A stretch of DNA of 44,047 bases from Parasitella parasitica NRRL 2501 (lineage: Eukaryota; Fungi; Mucoromycota): NCBI GenBank assembly GCA_025201805.1, contig MU619290.1:154635-198681 (forward strand), read 5' to 3'. The position numbers and the translations under genes were made by a program. Shown piece after piece: positions 1-14,323 of this stretch; position 1 is the first letter of the stretch; every line of letters begins with the position of its first letter. The notes under the pieces were generated by a model. It did no database searches. It had not been told where the DNA came from and saw nothing but the letters and a program-made list of their open reading frames with translations.

Positions 1-2275
1 TTGTCTCTAATATAGCCATACGCCGAGGGAGTCATTGTTACCGAATGCCTTGGGAATATTGCTACATATGTGTCTACAGACGGGACCTGATCAAAGCTGG
101 TAAACGAAGCTTCAATTGTTCTGGCTTTTGAATAGGTTTTCATCATGTAGAAAGTTTCCAAGGCTAACCTCTGGATTTGGGCATTTTCAAGATTATCAAG
201 CTCCCATCTACCAGTTTCAACAAGCGTAGGCTCTTTGGGGAATTCTTCGTTGAGAAGATCCTGACAGAGGTTTTTCAAATTGGGACCGGTGATACAACGA
301 TTGCTGCAATATGTAAACCACTCAGTCGCATTTTTCAACTGCAATAGTAACGCAGGGTATTGCTCGTTTAGACTTGTTGTGAGCGCAGTTAGTCTATGTC
401 CAATTTTATTGATGTTTTTGTCTTCAAAGAGTCTTCGCAAACCAGTTGGAAAAGTATTGGCAATTATTTTGAATATAAAAACTTCAAAATTAAAGGTTGC
501 AATTGATACGCGGGCAATGGAGCGTCCATTGTGATACATCTCTTAAAATGAACAAGCACCGGAAGTTCAGAGTAATCCCGTAGGATTCTTTCACAAGATT
601 CGTTGATTCCTTGCACTGTATCATTGACAAAAATGTTCACGTTGTTGGGAATCACAGCGACTGAGAGTTCATCGACATGTTGTACATTTTTAAGCAAAGA
701 TGGCAGGTGCTCCTCTAGAAAATGGCGATCAGACCGCACACTGTCAGTGTAAAAGAGTTTTGGCTGTTCGTAACCGTTCATGTTATAGGCATTTCACATC
801 TTGTCAAAGAAAGTTCTCAGGCGAATAAGAGATTTAGTTGGTAGTCGAATCTCTTCATATTCGTTGGTGACAGTGTATAGAGCATCAAAGACATTGACAC
901 CATTCTTGATCGAGCTGATGTTGCTAGCTGCTTTGAAAGTGTGGTCACCTTTAAGGATAGCTCCATCTACTTTCATTATATGATTGTCCAAATGTTGACG
1001 GAATACTTTCATTAAAGACGTGTAAACGAAGTTGATATAATTGGCAGATGGATAATATTTATTGTAGCCGTTTTTGTCGTTGAATTTGGAAAACTCTGGT
1101 GCAGGAACCGCAAGAGATCTCAAGCCAGGATTGTCGACTCTGAATTTATAATTTGCTAGATATTGGTATTGCAGCGTGTCATATCGTTTGGTATGTAGCT
1201 CCTGCAAAATATTGCTCAGTCGCAGTGGCCCAGTCGAGGATTGTACAAGGGGACGCATCAAACCTGCAAGATCTCTTGATATACCACTTTTTTTTAGTCA
1301 AAAAGGCAGGGAATTCGGCTTGTGCGATGATAGGCAATTGTCTGATCAGCTCGATGTCTGTTCCAATAATTCTGCAGCTGCATTTATTACATTTATAAAA
1401 GCTTGACATGAGATAAAAGCAACTATGTAACTATTAGTTCAATGGATAGTCTAAAAGGCGGTATATAGTACTTCTGTAATGTCAATGATTCTTCTAGCTA
1501 GGGGATTCTTAGCACAACCATCATTGTTCATAAACTCAGGCACAGTCTTGTTCTCGGAGCATTCAGGGCATTTGAATTTCTTGTCTGCTTCATAAAAAAT
1601 AGATAATGAGGAAACCATAAAAAAAATCTGGGCTGAAGTAGGTTTCTTTGATCAGCGTTTACATCCTTTTGCAACTTGAAGAAGGCAGCTTGATTTGAAT
1701 ACTAGAATGTGCCATCTTTGTAGGCCTGGGGCATTTCATTGCGTCTGAATTTGTCTTGGATTGCTTTCAGGTATTCAGTTATATACAATGAGTCAGCTCT
1801 GCGTGTAATATCATCTTCAATTCTATCGAACGTACCGCTATCGACGTCAACTTCTTGTTCGGATCCATTGTAATCAATATCAATGCCGTATGTATTAATT
1901 TCGGAAGACTAATCGCAATCAACTTGTATCTTTTAAGATAGGCAGTATCTTCAAGTTAAAGGTCATCATATAATATTTAAGGTCTATTCATAATTAATTG
2001 TGTACCTCTTCTGTATCTCTCATCGCTTCATCAGAGGAGTCATTTTCCTCGGCAAAGTCATTGGGCTGAATCTATGCAAAATTGGCAGGATTATACGGAT
2101 TAGTCCAGCTGTCATCAATATTGCTATAGCTTCCGGAACGACTAGCACCAGCACCAAAATCTGATAGCAAACTTGTTTGATTTTGAGAGGACGTCTGCCT
2201 GCATTTGGATTCTTTGCGCCTGGTCGGCTGCCTCTTTTACCACCAACAACTGAATTTCTTCCTGAACGAGGTATG
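1..2275 (-). mobile_element. Degenerate DUF6729-type putative DNA transposase pseudogene with an internal WRN/DEDDy-like exonuclease-fold module; runs off the left edge
   Basis: Minus-strand frames stitch into KFKCPEC...ARRIIDITE / FYLMSSFYKCNKC...GTDIELIRQLPIIAQAEFPAFLTKKSGIS...ELHTKRYDTLQYQYL (DUF6729-like). These are followed by LKGDHTFK...LYTVTNEYEEIR...PKLFYTDSVRSDRHFLE (DDE-like Asp motifs) and FPTGLRRLFEDKNINKIG...LKNLCQDLLNEEFPK...RWELDNLENAQIQRLALET. There are multiple frameshifts and stops. Confidence 0.7.
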
Positions 2276-2748
2276 GTATTATTTGAAATAAAATTTGAAA
2301 ATATCAAAAGCACTGATTATCTCGACTTTTATATGCCCCTTAAAAAAAAACTTTGAATAATCCCTTAGTTAGTAAGCACGAGGTGAACTGTCAAATTCAG
2401 GAACCCCGTAATCAATTTGAAGTGCTAAATTCATATCTTGAATCAATGTATATGTATTATTGAAGAATTTATTTTTCCAATCAATAAATGAATCTAATGT
2501 ATGGGGCGAATATACTTCATTCTACGGTATATCTGAGTTTTGTAAAATGATTAGGTGTTAACAAGTTAGTTCAGAAATAACTGCGTAAATAAAAAGTTAT
2601 CGAGTTACGGGATAAACATTCAGGGCCGAATCTGACCTTTTAAGAAATCTTAATATGCTCAGGTCGAATAGCACAGAAGAGAGTAGGATACAGCATACTT
2701 ATTATGAGCTTCTAAAACTAGTTTTCAGATCGAGTAGTAGCTGTTAGA

Positions 2749-5057
2749 TGTTCATTTTGCGGAGGAGAGGGTCATAGAAGAAGAACTCATAGAGATTGTC
2801 CCATTAACTCGAGTAAAGGGAACAACCTAGCTGAAGAGAATACGTTTATACCATAGAATAGCGAGTATTTAATAAACACATAATTTCGCTGTTGAGTAGT
2901 CATTGTCTGTTTATGTTGTGGAAGAGAGGGCCATAGCCGAATCACTCACAGAGAGCATGCTATGAACCCAATAAATACCCCATTGATCGTCACTTGCCCT
3001 TTGTGTGGTAGAGAAGGACATATCAGGTCCACTCATTGAAATTGTGGTAGGGACCCTAATAATTTGGATGCTTACCTCAATAATGCTACCAACTCAACAA
3101 ATACGACTCCTGTTATATGTCGCCATTGTGGACGAGAAGAGCATTTGCGTACTACTCACAGAAACTGTGCAAGAAACCCTACAAATTTGGAGACTACAGC
3201 TTCAAAAAATGTCAGCATTGCGCGAAATCCCACCTTAACAGAAGTACCAAGACATAGTGTTGGAACAATGGAAATACTGTGCTCATTCTGTGGGAGCGTC
3301 TATGTGAATTGGGGAAAGAAAATTCAGTTCCAGTATTTCAACCCCTATTTTTCAAATGTGTTGTGCAGCAGTTCAAGCGATGGTTGCACCACTGCGACCA
3401 CTTCCAGCGACAATTGTTGATTATCTTACAAGAAACGACACAGTTGGGAAGGAATTCTTAAAAAACATTAGGACATATAACTATGCTCTTAGTTTTACAT
3501 TGATGAACGCTGACCTGGATAGAAGGTATGCTAATGAGGAACACGGCGCTTACGCTTTTCGTATCCACGGAAGTGTCCATCATTTGATAAGTCCTGCGTT
3601 GATCTCCAACAAAAATAACATCATTCAGCAACCTAGATTTGCGCAAATTTACATTTTTGATTCAGCAAATGAGCTGCAGAACAGATTGAATGTTGCTGGG
3701 AACTCTGATATAAGACCTCATACTATGCAAACACTGAAAGGTATGATACGCGATGTCAATCCCTTTGTGGATTTTTTTCAATCCTTGGAAAAAATCAGTG
3801 CAGAACAGCCAGATGGAATCCAGAAAAGTCGCATGATATCTCGTGTTGAAAGTAGTCCAGATGCCCGCCGATACAACGCCCATAATGCAAATGAAATTGG
3901 AGTTTTGATTGTTGGTGGCGAAGATGAAAGCAGCATCCAAACATGCAACAGGGATATTGTCCTTCGTTTGAAAGAGGGCTCAAATGACAACAACCTTGCT
4001 GCTGAATTGCAACAGTTTGCTGAATACTTTCTCCAGTTTGGCCAAGGAGCTATTCCTACTCTTAAACTACCTGAAAATAGATCAACAAACCTCATTCCAA
4101 TCCCTCAAGATATGCTTCTTCCAGGTGATAACCTGTTGAATTTAATTAGAAGCATCTACTTTGACATTGCAACTAGCGCATTAGATCCTGAGTATTTTGA
4201 AGAAAGGGCTATCTTAACTGCAAAGAACAAAGATTTCAAAGTCATCAACAATCTGCTCATACAATGTCTTCCAAGTCATACAATATCCTATGTTAGCCTT
4301 GATCGCACTTTAGATGGAGAACGTCAGATAGAAATGCCAGAGGAGATTTGGAATACCATAGAGAATGGTTCGCTGCCGCCCCATTAACTCAATCTGAAAA
4401 TTGGCTCCCCAATAATGGTTATTCGAAACATTGACCCTGCCGCTGGCATTTGCAATGGCACAAGATTGATTGTCAAATCGCTGAAAACAAATGTTATTGA
4501 AGCTACCATTGCTACTGGCCCAAACAAAAATGATATAGCTCTGATTCCGAGAATCAAGTTTATCAGCTTGGCCACTGAAGGGTTATGCCCAGTTGACTGT
4601 CAAAGGGTTCAATTTCCCATAAGATTAGCATTTGGCATGACTATTAACAAAGCACAAGGCCGAACACTCAGCTCTGTAGGTTTATATTTGCCGTGCCATG
4701 TTTTTGGTCATGGTCAATTATATGTAGCTTTGTCCCGTGTTCGAAAACCCGGATCATTGGAGTTGATGCTTCCTTTCGAAATCTCAGAAATAGAAGATCA
4801 GGTTTGCAAATTCACCAACAATGTTGTCTTCCGAGAAGTTTTTCAGCAATCGTTTTAAAAAAAAAAGAATCTGTAACACTTATTTCGCATATAGAATGAG
4901 ATTTCGTTTATTTTGTTTACCTAGCTTTGCATTAAATGGGATAGCCCGCTGCAGGCGTAAGCTGTACACCCCTCATTGGAACAAAGGTCAAAAAAATTAC
5001 CGTAGCAAAGCGAAAGTTGAATTTTTTTACCGTAGTTCGGGGGGTGGAGACAGCCCG
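2749..5057 (+). mobile_element. Internally deleted Helitron (RepHel pseudogene)
   Basis: Helitron N-terminal motifs are present (HSVGTMEILCSFC, FLKNIRTYNYALSFT, YAFRIHGSVHH, PRFAQIYIFD, RRYN...EIGVLIVG...RDIVL). They are fused at ~3997 to the Pif1 helicase C-terminus (ERAILTAKN, LPPH*LNLKIG, GICNGTRL, QFPIRLAFGMTINKAQG, HGQLYVALSRV). There is a frameshift near 3350 and an in-frame TAA at 4385-4387. A GC-rich end finishes CAGCCCG|T at 5057. The 5' end was not located. Confidence 0.9.
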
Positions 5058-5507
5058 TATTGATATAAAATTAATATAAATAGATAGTCGAGATGTTGTA
5101 GAATATAGATTTAGAGGTAACTTTACACTGCTTTATTTTTTGATAAAAACAAATATTACCCAATCTTTAATACTCTAAATTTTCAACAATACTCGATGTG
5201 CAAGTTCATTAATAAAATTAAGCTTTCCTTACATTGTTATTGTAACTACAAAGCTTCCAAAAACTTTTTTCAAAGGTAGTGTTTTCAATTTTTTTCAGTG
5301 CGATGCTGCAAAAGCGCTTGCTTATTTAGATCGAAAAAAGTAGGCAGTAGTATATATTACAAGATTGAAGATACAGAATTCTAGCCGTGCGAATAAGTTT
5401 ATATTTTAACGATGATATCATAAGTTTAAGCATATTAATATTAATTGTTTTACATGATGCATACGGTCTATATCGCCAAGAAAGAGTTTAAAGAATGCTT
5501 TCTCGGT

Positions 5508-6954
5508 TTACCTGCTCAATCTTTTAAATTTTTGAGGAATGGGAGATCTACAAAATTTATTGTACAGATCGTCAGCAGATGAAAAACTTTTGAATGTTTC
5601 CATTGTATTAAGTGAAACGTTTCTGTATGATAAATTTGATGAACGACGGCGAAGCATTCTTTCCCCTTTGTTGTCAAACGATACAATGTTTGAATCCACT
5701 GGTGTCTCTATGCCACTCTGAGTGTTGCTACTGCTGCTATCGCTGGTACTTTCGCTATCCCAGCCACTAGTTTTAACATCAACATCTTGCTCCTGTTGTG
5801 AATCGTCTTCTGTGAGTACATTTATATAATATTCAGTGCGTTGAGCACGTCTATGCCATCTCTGTCTTCGTGTGCAGATGCCTAGTCCGGTGGAGTTAGA
5901 GCTCCATTGCTTCCATTGCCAAGATCCATATTGCCAGCCCTGTGCATCTGTATTTACGCTTTGGTATGTAGACCATTCGGGATCCAGCCAAGTCCACGAT
6001 ACAATCTTTTGTTGATTACTCTCCACATTTGTTGTTGTGTCTGGTGGTAAACAAAAATTGTTTATAGACGGTGTTGTTTCCAAATGAGCATCGGTCCTGA
6101 AGAGCGTATATATTAGATAATTGTTGGGTAAACAAGGAGGGAGCAAACATCGTATTTTACTCAACATACCAAACTGCGCGATCTTGTGGTAGTAACAAAT
6201 TGCTCCAGCCAGTGGGAAACCACCAACGTTGGTGATGATACACTTCAAAAAGATAGCCTCTTTGATTCCCATGTTGTTCATTCTTGGCTGCAACGATATT
6301 TGAATCAATGGAGGTGGTGTTGCTGTAAGTCGTAGATAGGCAAGACAACAGCCGGATTAAACGGACAGCTGCAATTTGGATTGGACGCACCCACGGACTA
6401 TGTACACACATGATGATCGTTAACACAAGCCATATCAAAGTGCTCAAATACTGCTGCTGCAAAAGAACGGCCGATCCCGCATACGCTATTGTTGACAAAC
6501 ATGACACGCCGATGCAAATAAAAGAACGTGTATTTCTTGAGCTCATGGAGTAGAAATGATATGCGTTGCATAAGGTATCACTTGCTTGCATCCAATTTTT
6601 TAAAGCTGCCCCGAGAAAAATACTGTTACGGATCTCCGTAAGATCGTCTACAAGAGATGTATTGTGGAATTGCTGCTGTTCCTTTCGCTGCAATTGAGCC
6701 TCTTGATAGTGCTGTGTTTTCTGGTACAATTTTAATATCAGCAATGCACATGGTAAGCAATACATTGTATACGGTTGTATTGATCTGAGTAAAATCAATG
6801 ATAAAAGGCTCAAGAATGAGTACTCTCTCTCATCACCTTTCCATTGCAAAACCCGTAACGCGGCTGCAATCAAGTGAATTACAGGCTGCAATTCCGCAAT
6901 CAAGTCGATCTGCTTCAATTTTGCTGGAGATAGTGAGTGTGTCGTTGACAACAT
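5508..6954 (-). CDS. Pex24p/dysferlin-domain membrane protein (Pex23/Pex30-like peroxin family); 2 exons: 6954-6170 and 6096-5508
   Basis: N-terminal hydrophobic helices are followed by DysF motifs FEVYHHQRWWFPTGWS..LLPQDRAVWTD and WTWLDPEW...TDAQGWQYG...TRRQRWHRRA. A GT-AG intron at 6169-6097 joins the two ORFs in frame (W split TG|G). Confidence 0.85.
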
Positions 6955-7589
6955 GAGAACGAAATGAGAATTTTGAAGAAAAAAGAGACAAAAAGTAAAG
7001 CACAGGATAATATCAATATATATGCTCTACGTCTCACGTGGAAAGACAAAAAGTGATAATATAAACAAATCACGGTATTCTTAATGAAGTAGTGCCCTTA
7101 ATTTTAAGATTCTACATGCTTTATAAGACATATTTTTAATAATTCAGACAATGAGAGCAGGAAGGTGGTCCTGCTTTAAATGGTCCTTGGTCTTACAGCA
7201 TGAATCATTCTGAAGCACTTTCTGGCATCCCAGCTATATGTATAATTATAAACGAGACATCAATTAAACCAAAAATAATTGACTTTTCTTGTTTACTTCG
7301 AATTTCAAAGGGTGAAAATGTTTTATAAATTAGTGTGACAAATACCAGTTTCCTGATTTGATCTGATGTTCATCGTCATAGGATGGCCTTATTGTGAATG
7401 ACTATTATGCAGAGCGTTTGTGAAAACGAGACACTTGCTGTCACTGCATTTTCTCAGCATAATCTCAATGTTGAACAACTCATTATGACCTTCGCTTAAA
7501 CAATATCTGACTTACTTCAATCCAGCCATTCGGGTTAAGCAACGTGCATGTTGATCACATACCATATCTTTATACGAGTAAAAAGATAA

Positions 7590-7960
7590 ATTACCAATTA
7601 ATACTGTTCCCAACAGAGTCAAAGAAACGGGTCTACTCCACAAAACAAGTCAAGCAGCTTTTGCGCCTGGTTTCTGAAAGCAGCACTACTGTATACACGT
7701 CTCTCAGATCTAACTTTAGTCTTTTTCTATGCTATCCCTTCATTTTGAAATGCTCCACCTTGAATAAATTTGTTCACTCGCTTCCTGGAGTCTTAAGAAT
7801 CTGGACAGGAATTTTTTTTTTTGAAGAAAGTTAGAGATTTGTATTGGTATATTATTTCCTACACCAACTACCTTTTCGGTCAATCTGCAGGTAATCGGTG
7901 TCCTTGTAAATTGGATCCGATATCCTTCCATTGATCTGCCATGAGTAATTTGCATCGTGC
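7590..7960 (-). mobile_element. Heavily eroded DIRS-type (tyrosine-recombinase retrotransposon) reverse transcriptase remnant
   Basis: Ordered fragments QIT...GYRIQFTRTP, FLSRFLRLQE, NKFIQ/VEHFKMKG and KLDLRDVYTVV match the DIRS RT order (GYxIQF, FLSxFF, LNxFI..HFKMEG, IDLKDAY), with many deletions. Confidence 0.65.
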
Positions 7961-8191
7961 GCGGCTCAGAAAGATATCAAGAAGAAATATCACTACTTGA
8001 ATATTATGCAAATAAAGCGTGGCTTGGAGAGTATTTACCTCCACTTTGGCAACAACTTAATTTTCGCAAAGTACCTGTTTACAACAACAGAAGTATCCCA
8101 CTTAATTTCGGCACCCTGGGTTCAAAAAATAAAGGATGGGGGTGGAGACGGAAATGAATCTTTTCCTTGCTCTTCACAACAACATTTGTGC

Positions 8192-10032
8192 ATGACAGCT
8201 CTGCTAAAATTTAAGCGATCGATAGCAAAGCAGCTTTCAAAGCAGACAGCATGCAGCTCACAGGAATTGATGACGTTTATGAGACCCACTAAATCCAGAG
8301 AAGATGGCCATATATCAATTTCGCTACCCAAACTGAACGCATCACTTGCTACGCCTATAGCAAACCAGCAGTTAGACGAATGGTCAAGGATAATAGCAGA
8401 AAAGGTACGAGCGAAAACTTTTTAATTTATAGTGCTAAGCTAACTAGGGATTTTAGTTTGTTCCTGATGAATATATCCAACAAACCTGTTGCAAAGGATC
8501 AAGTTTGTATTTTAAATTTGAAGAAACCAATTTTATTAAACACGTATTGCAGCAAGTGTTTCGAGAAAGAGACTCATATGGCTGGTCGCACATACCGAGG
8601 CCTTCAAACAGTACAGTATTGATAGACTACAGTTCACCAAACATAGCAAAGCCATTTCATGCAGGACATTTAAGAAGCACAATTATTGGCAACTTTACCA
8701 AGCAAATATACGAGGCATTAGGTTATCATGTCATTGGGATAAACTATTTGGGTGATTGGGGTAAACAATATGGTAAGCAGCGGCATAGCTTTATTGTTTG
8801 TTTCGTTTCATCTATTGACGTTTATCATAAAATACAAAGGCTTGCTGGCTGTAGGGTTCGAAAAGTATGGAAATGAAGCAGAGCTGGTGCTGGACCCCAT
8901 TCATCACCTTTATCAGGTCTATGTAAAAATCAATGCAGATGCAAAATTAGACAAAGACGTCGACAGAAAAGCAAACGAGTATTTCAAAAAGATGGAAGAC
9001 GGCGATCCGGAAGCACTGAAACGATGGAAACAGTTTCGAGATTTGAGTATTAAATCCTATGCATCGATATATCACCGACTCAACGTGCAGTTCAACGTTT
9101 ATTCAGGAGAATCACAAGTTAATGCATACATCCCAAAGGCACACAATCAATTAAAGGATACACACCTTTTGAAGCGCACTGAGGATGGCGCTTTAGCTGT
9201 AGACTTGGAGGATTACCACCTGGGAACGGCGGTTGTGCAACGAGCAGACGGTACATCGCTCTATATCACTCGAGACATAGCCAGTATTCTCATGAGACGA
9301 GAGAAATACCCATTCCAGAAAGCAATCTACGTAGTAGGAAGCGAGCAGACTGGTTATTTCAAGCAGCTGTTTCAAATATACAATTTAATGACTCCCTCGG
9401 CTCCTAATTTGCAACATGTTGGGTTTGGAAGAATCAAGGGCATGTCAACAAGAAACGGAACGGTTGTGTTTTTGCAAGATATACTCGATACAGCCAAGGA
9501 GAAAATTATGGATTACATGAAGCGAAGTGAAGAGAAGAGTCAGTTAAAGGGAATAGACGCCGTGGCAGATCAACTGGCCATGTCGGCTATCTTGATCCAA
9601 GACATGAAATCGAAGCGAAGTAAGGACTACGAGTTTTCTTGGGATCGCATGACCGACGCTAGAGGCGATACTGGTGTATTTCTGCAGTATGCACATGCTA
9701 GAGCTTGTGGTATTGAACGAAAATCAGGCATTGCAATTGATCCGAATTGTGATTTCAGTATCTTGAAGGAGAAGGAAGCCGTAAATTTAGTTCAATCTAT
9801 TGCCCAATTCCCTGAAACCGTGGAGTCTGCATTTGCTACACTGGAGCCTTCTACTATTGTCAATTATCTATTCAAATTGTCACATGCTACAAGCGCGGCT
9901 AGTGCATGTTTAAGAGTAAAAGATATGGATCCAGATGTCTCGAAAGCACGTATGCTGTTATTCTGGTCTGCAAGATCAACTTTAAAGAATGGCTTGCATC
10001 TTTTGGGCATTAAGCCTATTGAAAAAATGTAA
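8192..10032 (+). CDS. Arginyl-tRNA synthetase (yeast-type/RARS2-like, possibly mitochondrial); 3 exons: 8192-8404, 8457-8772, 8840-10032
   Basis: Motifs IDYSSPNIAKPFHAGHLRSTIIG (HIGH), NYLGDWGKQYG, GMSTRNG and GDTGVFLQYAHAR, plus a DALR anticodon-binding C-terminus ending LGIKPIEKM. Two GT-AG introns restore the frame. Confidence 0.96.
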
Positions 10033-10205
10033 ATAGCTTCATTAGCAATAAAGTCAAAGGCACTTTGGCATGAGGGAGTTTTAGTAATGATTTCTTTACA
10101 TTGTATAGTAAACTGTACCATGTTGGCTTCTTTCCCTTCAACACGCGACTGTTCATTGTGACCTTGCGATGGCCATGGATTCAATTTTTTTCGGTCAAGA
10201 ATCAA

Positions 10206-10211
10206 ACGCGT
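10206..10211. promoter_or_regulatory. MCB-like element (ACGCGT) ~56 nt upstream of the MCM5 ATG; a second ACGCGA lies at 10143-10148
   Basis: This CpG-rich hexamer sits in an AT-rich promoter of a replication-licensing gene. ACGCGT is the established fungal MBF G1/S element. Function here is inferred. Confidence 0.5.
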
Positions 10212-10266
10212 TACACTTTTTTCCTTCTTCCACCTTTCAAAAAAAAAAAAAAAGTAGTAGCAAAAG

Positions 10267-12913
<2,647 letters not shown>

Positions 12914-13246
12914 TCAGCTTTATTTTATATACACATCATTACATTTTCTCTTTTTTTTGTTTTTTTTTTCAGTAAATACTTTCTCTCCTTTTTTAATTAT
13001 TTTAAAGTATTTAATCATAATAAACCATAAATATTTGCACAACGTTTAACTTGGGATGACCGAAGAAGGCCAGCAAATAAATCACTGCCATACTAGTTAT
13101 AAATAACTATGCCACAATCTAATCGAATGTGCAATATTTGAATACAATAAGGACTCCACTAACAAAGATTATCAAGTGTATATAGCGATATTAGTATTAC
13201 ATGTTTATTGTTAATGAGTAAAATATAGGACAAATGTGTTTATAAT

Positions 13247-14323
13247 TTAAGCGAGAGTTGTTGCAGGTGCAGTTTCAGCAACAGTAACAGCAGGAGCAGC
13301 AGCTGGAGTTTCTGAAGCATGTGCTTCCCTTTTGGTATATTGATCCTTCTTCTTATTGATAGTGGTAGTGGCACTATGGACCAATTTAGTAATGCGTCGT
13401 ACCAATGGTGAGGTACTATTAGTATTTCCTTCAGTAGTAGCAGCAGCAGTAGTGTTGGTAGCAGCTGTATAAATATTGCAAAAAGGAGTTAACATATCGT
13501 GATTCAAGTAACGTTACACTATTATTTTTACCATCAACTTCAGGAGTTGCAGTCGTATTGAGTGATTCATTATGAGCCTCAGGTGATGATTTCTTTGCGA
13601 ATTCCTTCTTTTTCTGAACAAAGTAATTTGCAAGTAACGTGCTGTTGCGTTTGAGCTGGTCAATGATAGGGTTGGTGTCATTGTTATTTGTTGTCGTGGT
13701 TGATCTAACATCATCTTTAGGAGGAGGTACGGGTGGTGCAGTTTCGTCACTAGTCGATGCCTCAGCTAAAAATGCGTTAGAACAGAGAATAAATCAAAGA
13801 AAATCATAATCTTACCAGGTGCTGTGTGTGCTGAAGCAGGTTTAGCGAATCCCTAAGTACATGTGTAGATGGTGGATCAATAAACGTCTAATATAGCTTT
13901 GTTTATATCTATTACCTTGACTCGAGCTAACAAATCCTTGAAGGCCAAGTTCGAAGCTCCCACCTTTTTATCTTGTGTATTTGCCTCAGGTATGACCACC
14001 GGTTCAGAAGTAGTTGCAGCAGCAGCAGCAGTTTCAGCAGCTGCGTCAGCAGTGGGCTTGGCAGCTTTTTTCTCGTTAATAACTTTGTTTGCCTCTGAAA
14101 CAGCGACGGTTACTGTATGTTTAGCTTTGTTATATACAGAGCTTAAACGCTGAATGGGAGTAATTTTGGGACCTGTTGCGTTTACACCAGTGGCAGTGGC
14201 AGCTGTCGTTGCAGTAACAGGTGTAGTTTCATTGACAGTATCTTTTGGAGGCACTTCAGGAACAGGAGCAGCAGCAACAGTATCGGCAGCAGGGGTAATA
14301 GTAGTATCAACAGGATCAGACAT
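13247..14323 (-). CDS. Hypothetical Ala/Thr/Pro-rich, largely disordered protein; 4 exons
   Basis: The ATG follows an A-run (MSDPVDTTITPAA). GT-AG introns at 13915-13853, 13815-13766 and ~13531-13466 link the ORF pieces. A repeated VP(E/P)xPPKD motif and short amphipathic basic segments (PIQRLSS, PIIDQLKR, PLVRRITKL) are present. Confidence 0.75.
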
